This document shows, piece by piece, positions 48,741-55,168 of a DNA stretch of 55,168 nucleotides. The stretch covers positions 62,001-117,168 of the IMG/VR virus record IMGVR_UViG_3300032084_002349, one strand, 5' to 3'. The notes under the pieces are model-generated. The model was given only the letters and a program-made list of their open reading frames with translations, searched no databases and had not been told where the DNA came from. The position numbers and the translations under genes are program-made. The first letter of the stretch is position 1, and every line of letters begins with the position of its first letter. The DNA is from an uncultured virus (IMG/VR IMGVR_UViG_3300032084_002349). Lineage: Duplodnaviria > Heunggongvirae > Uroviricota > Caudoviricetes.

Positions 48741-49672
48741 AAGCTACAAGAGATGCGGTAAAAGACATACTACCTATCATGGGAGAAAAACACGATGATA
48801 TCATTGTGTTAGATGCAGATATCGGCAGTGCTACTAGACTGTCTTCTTTCGGTCAAAAATTTCCAAACAGATTTTTCCAAATAGGTATTGCAGAAGCTAA
48901 CATGATAGGCATATCTTCTGGATTATCTGAACACGGTTTTAAGGTTTTTATAGGGTCCTTCTCCTCCTTTTTAACAGGAAGATACGATATTATAAGATGT
49001 AGTCTAGCTTATTCTGAATCTCCTGTAGTTTTAATAGGTTCTCATGTTGGCATGGCTATAGGTAAAGACGGGGTAACCCAAATGGGTTTAGAAGATATTA
49101 GTATAATGAGGTCATTACCTAATATGAAAATCCTAAACCCTGCAACATATACAGAAGCGGTTGAAATAATAAAATATTTATGCGAGAATACCATTGATAG
49201 CCCACACTATATAAGAATTGGTAGACAACCTGTAGAAGACCCAATATCAAAATTATCATACAGTTTTAATTTTGGTAAAGGTTATAAGATATCAGAAGGT
49301 CAAGATATAACTTTTTTCAGTACTGGATGTATTTTATCAGACGTATTAAAAACAAAACTTAAAATAGAGCAAGACACTAATCTTACAGTCAGAGTAATTA
49401 ATTTCCCTACACTTAAACCTATAGACAAGAAAATTATTGTAAAAGCTGCTAAAGAAACTAATTTCCTATTTTCTATAGAAGATCATTCTGTTGTGGGTGG
49501 TCTTGGCTCCATAATAGCAGATGTATTATCTGAAATATATCCAAAGAAAATAATAAAATTTGGCCTTAACGATCAGTTTCCAGAATCTGGATCCCCAGAA
49601 GACCTATACGATAAATATGAACTAAATCCCGATAAAATATATAAAAAGGTAATTGAACATGTTTATAAATAA
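48737..49672 (+). CDS. transketolase, C-terminal subunit
   Basis: LDADI, GIAEANM, DGVTQ (usually THQ), EDI..MR.LPN, YIR, TLKPID, EDH...GGLG. Confidence 0.92.
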   Translation: MKATRDAVKDILPIMGEKHDDIIVLDADIGSATRLSSFGQKFPNRFFQIGIAEANMIGISSGLSEHGFKVFIGSFSSFLTGRYDIIRCSLAYSESPVVLIGSHVGMAIGKDGVTQMGLEDISIMRSLPNMKILNPATYTEAVEIIKYLCENTIDSPHYIRIGRQPVEDPISKLSYSFNFGKGYKISEGQDITFFSTGCILSDVLKTKLKIEQDTNLTVRVINFPTLKPIDKKIIVKAAKETNFLFSIEDHSVVGGLGSIIADVLSEIYPKKIIKFGLNDQFPESGSPEDLYDKYELNPDKIYKKVIEHVYK

Positions 49673-50288
49673 AGATACAAAATTATATGGCAGTTTTGCT
49701 AGAGTCGCGGGTAGCACAGGGTGTGCTTTTCATAATGCTGGTTTTAAGAAACATAATATAAATGCTATATACAAATCATTCTCTATTAAAAATATTTACG
49801 AAGCAATACAATGCATGAAACATTTAGATATTAAAGGGGCAGGAGTTACCATGCCTTTTAAAACAGATGTAATACCTTTTCTTGATAAGGTAGAACAAGA
49901 AGCACTAGACGTTAACGCTTGCAATACTCTATTAAATGATAACGGTAGAATTATAGGATATAATACAGATGTGAAGTCTGTCTTTGATTACCTTAAACCA
50001 TTAGGACTTACCCAATTAATTATACTAGGTAACGGAGGCTATGCAAAAGCTGTTATTAGAGCTTGCAGAAAATTAAATATTGACACTAAAAGCATTGTAC
50101 GAGAAAACTGGCAAGAGATACAAGACATTAAGAACCATACTGTTTTTAACTGTACTCCAGTAGAAAATATAACGCTAGATAAATCAAACCGGTTTATAGA
50201 TTGCATAGCTACCACTCCAACAGGAAAAGTTTTAGCGGATCAGCAGGCGATGTATCAATTCAAAATATATACAGGTATAGATTATTAG
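49659..50288 (+). CDS. aroE: shikimate dehydrogenase-like protein
   Basis: GVTMPFK, ACNTL, GYNTD, LGNGGYA, NCTP, Q...QF.IYTG. Confidence 0.8.
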   Translation: MFINKDTKLYGSFARVAGSTGCAFHNAGFKKHNINAIYKSFSIKNIYEAIQCMKHLDIKGAGVTMPFKTDVIPFLDKVEQEALDVNACNTLLNDNGRIIGYNTDVKSVFDYLKPLGLTQLIILGNGGYAKAVIRACRKLNIDTKSIVRENWQEIQDIKNHTVFNCTPVENITLDKSNRFIDCIATTPTGKVLADQQAMYQFKIYTGIDY

Positions 50289-50289
50289 T

Positions 50290-50949
50290 ATGCAAAATAT
50301 TATTATTACGACAGGTCACGAGAGACATAAATCTTTAATTAATGATTTAGCAAAAAATAATTTAACATATGCATTATGCAAAAGTGTTATACCCAATAAA
50401 AATGATATATATTACGGATGTTCCGTGGGTCATAGGGGTAACTCTGGGTTATCTGTCGGTCATTTAAGAGCACTAAAAATAGCCTCTCAATCAACCCAAC
50501 AGTGTAATATTTTTGAAGACGATGAGATTATACGAACAAATTATAACAAAAAAAGAATAAGATTATTATCCGAATTATCTAATTGGGATTATGTAAATTT
50601 TAATACATTAAGACCTGTTGGTTCTGATTACAGTAATAATTTTGTTAAAATTGATACCAAATCACCTAGATATGCTCGTAATGGATATGTAAATAATATA
50701 TGGTTAAGCAATTACTGCGTATCTCCTAAATTTGCCAAAGAAATGCTCTCATTGCTAGTTGATAACCATGTTAATTGGCACGGAACAAAACATAAATTAT
50801 GCTCATGTTTTGGCAGTCATGTGTTTGATCAATATTTTGCATTACATGTAGCCGCAATTTCTGATAAATATCATTGTTATAGTATTAAGAATAAAAATTT
50901 AATAAGCATTCATGATGAAAAAATTTCTATAAGAAAAAATAATAAATGA
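50290..50949 (+). CDS. GT25-like glycosyltransferase
   Basis: GLSVGH, IFEDD, NYCVSP..A..ML, FD. Confidence 0.6.
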   Translation: MQNIIITTGHERHKSLINDLAKNNLTYALCKSVIPNKNDIYYGCSVGHRGNSGLSVGHLRALKIASQSTQQCNIFEDDEIIRTNYNKKRIRLLSELSNWDYVNFNTLRPVGSDYSNNFVKIDTKSPRYARNGYVNNIWLSNYCVSPKFAKEMLSLLVDNHVNWHGTKHKLCSCFGSHVFDQYFALHVAAISDKYHCYSIKNKNLISIHDEKISIRKNNK

Positions 50950-51581
50950 ATATTAAAACTATTATACTAGCCAGGGGCGGAAGTAAAGGTATACCTAATA
51001 AAAATATTATAAATTTAAATGGGAAACCTTTAATAGCGCATAGTATAAAAGCAGCAAAGCTTTCTATTGCTAATGAGATTTGGGTTAGTACTGATTGTCC
51101 AAAAATTATGTCTGTCTCTATTAAATTAGGTGTTAATGTTATTCAAAGACCAAAAAATATATGTCAAGATAATTCTAAAAGTGAAGAAGCATTGATGCAT
51201 TTTGCTTCGCTGGTCGATTTTGATATTCTGGTATTTATACAACCTACATCCCCTATGATTAATTCAATAGATATTGATATGGGATTAGCTATGATGGAAA
51301 AATACGACTCAGTATTTAGCGCGTATAAAGAGCACTGGATTCCGAGATGGAATCAAAACTTAACTACAGATAATTGGGATGTCTGTAAAAGACCAATGAG
51401 GCAACAAATGCCTGATAAATGGGTTGAAAATGGAGCTATATATATCACAACTAAAAATGCTCTATTATCTTCTAAAAATAGATATAGCGGTAAAATAGGT
51501 GTTTTAGAAATGCCTTTGATTAGAAGCTTTCAAGTTGACACTATGCAGGATTTAGCTTTAATATCTAAAATTCAACAATAA
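50946..51581 (+). CDS. neuA: CMP-ulosonic acid synthetase (acylneuraminate cytidylyltransferase)
   Basis: ARGGSKGIPNKNI, VSTD, QPTSP, RQ, ENGAIY, VDT..D. Confidence 0.92.
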   Translation: MNIKTIILARGGSKGIPNKNIINLNGKPLIAHSIKAAKLSIANEIWVSTDCPKIMSVSIKLGVNVIQRPKNICQDNSKSEEALMHFASLVDFDILVFIQPTSPMINSIDIDMGLAMMEKYDSVFSAYKEHWIPRWNQNLTTDNWDVCKRPMRQQMPDKWVENGAIYITTKNALLSSKNRYSGKIGVLEMPLIRSFQVDTMQDLALISKIQQ

Positions 51582-51625
51582 CCATAAGCACGTGGTGTAT
51601 ATATACTACATAAAGCATCAGGAAT

Positions 51626-52342
51626 ATGGATATCGTCTTAATGGAAATAAATAATAAATTATATATTAAAAACTATAAACCTATTAATAATAAATATTTA
51701 AATATTATTACTTGTACATATCCAAGAAAGTACAGAATTAAATATTTATCACATCTTAAAAGATTGCTATCAGCACAGAAAAATATTAGATGGTTTGTTA
51801 TAGATGATAATGATAGAGAAGATAAAACATTAAAAAAATTTTTACCAGATTTTGCAATTTATAAACACATAGGACCTACCAAAGATAAAGGACATGCTCA
51901 AAGAAATTTAGCTTTAGAATACATTTACGACAACAGGTTATCTGGAATAATTTATAATGCAGATGACGATAATAAATATGATTTTAGAATTTTCAACGAA
52001 ATTAAAAAAACCAAAAGATTTAGCATGTTTCCCGTAGGAGAAGATCTGTTTGGTCCCTTGGGCGGCCCGGAAGGTCCAATTATTAACAAGAAGAATAAAT
52101 TTGTGCAATGGAACAGCTCTTGGGATCATAGAAAATATTGTATCGATATGGCAGGATTTGCCTTTGACGCAACACTACTTCACAATATTAAAAAACCATT
52201 TTGGTCCCACGTGGGTCTTGGTGGAGAAAGTGAGTTTATTGATAAAATCATTAGCTCTGTTGAAGAAATAGAATTTTTATGTGATAGGTGCAAAACAACC
52301 TATGCTTTTCACAATGCTCTTGTTCCAGAAATTAATACATAA
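51626..52342 (+). CDS. GT43 (B3GAT glucuronosyltransferase-like) glycosyltransferase
   Basis: IITCTY.R..R, QRNLALEYI, GIIYNADDDNKYD..IF.EI, EGP, IDMAGFAF, ESEFI. Confidence 0.85.
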   Translation: MDIVLMEINNKLYIKNYKPINNKYLNIITCTYPRKYRIKYLSHLKRLLSAQKNIRWFVIDDNDREDKTLKKFLPDFAIYKHIGPTKDKGHAQRNLALEYIYDNRLSGIIYNADDDNKYDFRIFNEIKKTKRFSMFPVGEDLFGPLGGPEGPIINKKNKFVQWNSSWDHRKYCIDMAGFAFDATLLHNIKKPFWSHVGLGGESEFIDKIISSVEEIEFLCDRCKTTYAFHNALVPEINT

Positions 52343-52356
52343 AGGGGTCTTATACG

Positions 52357-53448
52357 ATGTATGATTTTTTATTAGTAGGTTCAGGTTTATTCTCTTGTAC
52401 ATTTGCTAGAATGGCTATGGAGAATAATTATAAGTGTTTGATAATAGAAAAAAAAGATCACCCTTTTGGTAATTGTTATACTGAAGACATTGATGGTATA
52501 CATGTACATTCTTATGGTCCTCATGTTTTTCATACAAATAATGATACTATATGGGAGTTTGTAAATAGATTTACTAAGTTTAATAATTACATTAACAAAC
52601 CCAAAGTTAAATATAAAGATACGATATATTCATTTCCTATTAACCTAATGACGCTGCATCAAGTATGGGGAGTTTGCACCCCACAAGAAGCTATTAGAAA
52701 ATTAAATTCTGAAAAATACAACATAGCAGACCCTAAAAATCTCGAAGAATGGGCATTATCTCAAATTGGAGAAGAGCTATATTATAAATTTATATACGGT
52801 TACACTAAAAAACAATGGAATACTGAACCTAAAAATTTACCCACATTTATTATAAAAAGATTGCCCATAAGATTTAATTTCGATGATAATTATTTTTTTG
52901 ATAAGTATCAAGGAATACCTATAGGTGGTTATACTCAAATGATGCAAAATATGATAGAGGATACTGAAGTAATATTAAATGTTGACTATTTTGACAAACA
53001 AGATTACTGGAACTCTATTGCAAAAAATGTAATATATACTGGACCAATAGATAGGTATTTTAATTATAGCAATGGAGAATTGAATTACAGAAGCTTGCAG
53101 TTTAAACACGAGAAATTAAACATTGAGGATTATCAAGGAAATCCTGTTATAAATTATTCAGAAGAATCTGTTCCATATACTAGAATTATAGAGCATAAAC
53201 ATTTTGAGTTTGGTAAGCAAGATTTTACTATTGTTAGTCACGAATACCCAGCTGATTATCAAGACACACAGATACCATACTACCCTATCAATAATCAAGA
53301 AAATAATGAAATTTATCAAAAATATAAAACATTAACTAAAAAACAATCTAATATAATTTTTGGAGGAAGATTAGCTGAATACACTTATTACGATATGCAT
53401 CAAGTTATAGGTTCGTCTATCTCTAAATTTAAGAAATGTGTCAGATGA
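52357..53448 (+). CDS. glf: UDP-galactopyranose mutase
   Basis: VGSGL, GNCY, H.YGPHVFHT, YTKKQW, YQGIP..GY, YTRIIEHKHF, PYYP, GRLAEY.YYDMHQ. Confidence 0.95.
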   Translation: MYDFLLVGSGLFSCTFARMAMENNYKCLIIEKKDHPFGNCYTEDIDGIHVHSYGPHVFHTNNDTIWEFVNRFTKFNNYINKPKVKYKDTIYSFPINLMTLHQVWGVCTPQEAIRKLNSEKYNIADPKNLEEWALSQIGEELYYKFIYGYTKKQWNTEPKNLPTFIIKRLPIRFNFDDNYFFDKYQGIPIGGYTQMMQNMIEDTEVILNVDYFDKQDYWNSIAKNVIYTGPIDRYFNYSNGELNYRSLQFKHEKLNIEDYQGNPVINYSEESVPYTRIIEHKHFEFGKQDFTIVSHEYPADYQDTQIPYYPINNQENNEIYQKYKTLTKKQSNIIFGGRLAEYTYYDMHQVIGSSISKFKKCVR

Positions 53449-54119
53449 TTTATCAAAAACTAATTAATAGTTTACATACTTCCGACCCTTACTATGGTTT
53501 TAATACTAATATATACCCTAAACTTCAAGAAATACCCGGCTGGCATGGTAATGATTTAATTTTTTCAGAATTAATTCAAGAAGCGCGACCTGATACTATA
53601 TTAGAAATTGGTAGCTGGAAAGGTCAATCGTCTATTAATATGGCTAAAACTATTAAAAGATTGGGCTTGAATAGTATTATAGTATGTGTGGACACTTGGC
53701 TTGGTTCTGTAGATTTTATAGCAGCGGAAAACAAGTTAGACAACAGTAGAGATTGCTATCCTGTATTTGGTTACCCTCAAGTATATTATCATTTTTTAGC
53801 AAATGTGATCAATCATAATGTAAACGATATAATTGTACCATTTCCTCAAGTTTGCTCTATTGCTTGCCAATGGTTTATATCTAATAATTTAAAGTTTGAT
53901 TTAATATATATAGATGGATCTAATAATTATGAGGATATTATGTATGATTTACATTGTACTTGGAAAGTATTAAATAATGAAGGTATAATATTTGGAGATG
54001 ATTTTAATAATCATAATTTTCCAAGTATAAAAAAAGCTGTAAATGAATTTTGTAAGTCATATAATTTATCATACGACTTAAATGAAAATGAACTTTTTTG
54101 GATTATTAGAAAAAAATAG
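53445..54119 (+). CDS. class I SAM-dependent methyltransferase (Methyltransf_24-like)
   Basis: LEIGSWKGQS, VDTW.GS, DLIYIDG, GIIFGDD. Confidence 0.85.
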   Translation: MIYQKLINSLHTSDPYYGFNTNIYPKLQEIPGWHGNDLIFSELIQEARPDTILEIGSWKGQSSINMAKTIKRLGLNSIIVCVDTWLGSVDFIAAENKLDNSRDCYPVFGYPQVYYHFLANVINHNVNDIIVPFPQVCSIACQWFISNNLKFDLIYIDGSNNYEDIMYDLHCTWKVLNNEGIIFGDDFNNHNFPSIKKAVNEFCKSYNLSYDLNENELFWIIRKK

Positions 54120-54132
54120 AGATTGAATTATC

Positions 54133-54140
54133 GGTGTATA
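54133..54140 (+). promoter_or_regulatory. class B GGTGTATA motif upstream of mucin-like ORF
   Basis: Intergenic GGTGTATA about 50 nt before ATG 54188. Confidence 0.6.
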
Positions 54141-54187
54141 TTAGCTTTAAGCGGTGTTGTGATAACAAACAGGATGTCTAGGAAATA

Positions 54188-55168
54188 ATGTCATTATTTA
54201 GAGATATTATACGTGGTGGAATATTAAAATATGGCCACGCGGCTTTAACCAAATTTAAACATGCAGAACCAGATAATCTAAGATTATGCTGTTGCGAAAC
54301 TACTACGACCACAACAACTACCCCAACCACAACAACACCCACTACGACTACAACCACAACCACGACCCCAACAACCACAACCCCAACAACAACAACACCT
54401 ACCACGACTACAACCACAACCACAACCACAACCGAAACAACAACGACACCAACAACAACGACACCAACAACAACGACACCAACAACAACGACACCAACAA
54501 CAACGACACCAACAACAACGACACCAACAACAGAAACTGTCACCACAACTACCCCAACGACAACGACAGAAACTGTTACCACAACTACCCCAACGACAAC
54601 AACAGAAACTGTTACCACAACTACGCCCACTACAGAAACTGTTACCACAACTACGCCCACTACAGAAACTGTTACCACAACCACACCAACTACAGAAACT
54701 GTTACTACTGAAACTACCACACCAACTACAGAAACTGTTACTACTGAAACTACCACAGCAACTACAGAAACTGTTACTACCGACACCACAACAGCGACAG
54801 AAAGTACTGCTACTCCTACAACTCCCACAACAGATACAGTAAGTACTGTCACTCCCACAACAGATACAGTAAGTACTGTTACTCCCACAACAGATACAGT
54901 AAGTACTGTTACTCCCACAACAGATACAGTAAGTACTGATACTCTAACGCCAACAACAGAAACATTTACTACCGAAACACCTACAGAAACGCCAACAGAA
55001 ACATTTACTACAGAAACATTTACTACCGAAACACCTACCGAAACACCTACAGAAACATTTACTACCGAAACACCTACCGAAACACCAACAGAAACATTTA
55101 CTACCGAAACACCAACAGAAACACCAACAGAAACGCCAACGGAAACACCAACAGAAGAGACTCCAACA
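54188..55168 (+). CDS. Thr/Pro-rich mucin-like protein (3' partial, runs off the window)
   Basis: Read by hand: MSLFRDIIRGGILKYGHAALTKFKHAEPDNLRLCCCE then TTTTP/TETVTTTTP/TTDTVSTVTP/TETFTTETP repeats; no stop in 327 codons. Confidence 0.85.
   Translation, partial: MSLFRDIIRGGILKYGHAALTKFKHAEPDNLRLCCCETTTTTTTTPTTTTPTTTTTTTTTPTTTTPTTTTPTTTTTTTTTTTETTTTPTTTTPTTTTPTTTTPTTTTPTTTTPTTETVTTTTPTTTTETVTTTTPTTTTETVTTTTPTTETVTTTTPTTETVTTTTPTTETVTTETTTPTTETVTTETTTATTETVTTDTTTATESTATPTTPTTDTVSTVTPTTDTVSTVTPTTDTVSTVTPTTDTVSTDTLTPTTETFTTETPTETPTETFTTETFTTETPTETPTETFTTETPTETPTETFTTETPTETPTETPTETPTEETPT
54299..55168 (+). repeat. nested ACN-codon tandem repeats (15-, 30- and 12/24-nt units)
   Basis: e.g. acaccaacaacaacg repeats; actcccacaacagatacagtaagtactgtt repeats. 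Confidence 0.9.

Noticed and set aside
195..52271. Short minus-strand and nested ORFs in the track (e.g. 25340-25693, 38194-38610, 22984-23250)
   Set aside because: Antisense to or inside well-supported genes, with no recognisable motifs
39288..54119. Bacterial chromosome capsule/O-antigen locus
   Set aside because: No wzx/wzy/ABC export genes; interspersed with phage-type ORFs and the same GGTGTA motif; contiguous with rIIA/rIIB
54178..54918. Val-rich minus-strand ORF (246 aa) and Asn/His-rich + ORF 54286-54711
   Set aside because: Shadow frames of the ACN-repeat Thr-rich ORF starting at 54188, which has the promoter motif and follows genome orientation
54299..55168. Repeat array as possible CRISPR
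   Set aside because: Unit lengths are multiples of 3, there are no unique spacers, and the array is in-frame coding
1..55168. Alternative genetic code (stop-codon reassignment)
   Set aside because: Recognisable genes are full length under code 11, and TAA, TAG and TGA all act as stops

Overview
AT-rich, gene-dense, almost entirely + strand segment of a large (probably jumbo) tailed-phage genome. Phage hallmarks are rIIA/rIIB, ATP-dependent ligase, thyX, uvsE and many small phage-type ORFs. No capsid or terminase gene is visible in the window. A DUF1559 prepilin/H-X9-DG gene points to a Planctomycetota host (inference). RNA genes: a full tmRNA (tag ADTSVLALAA), a short-variable-arm tRNA-Leu(TAA), and an anticodon-less tRNA-like element after rIIB. 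The 5' tail of that element is complementary to a TCACAGGA motif in the leaders of several early genes. Two promoter classes recur: TTGACA-(CGAT)-TATAC/AT, and an intergenic GGTGTA motif. Other notable modules: a membrane-anchor plus actin-fold ATPase pair; a Zn-ribbon/RuvA-domain-III protein next to RuvB; several secreted proteases; about 25 glycan genes (four sulfotransferases, GT2/8/11/25/43/92-like, NeuA/NeuB, GmhA, split transketolase, AroE-like, Glf). The window ends in a Thr/Pro mucin-like ORF that the ORF track missed. All family calls come from motif recognition by eye; no database search was run.
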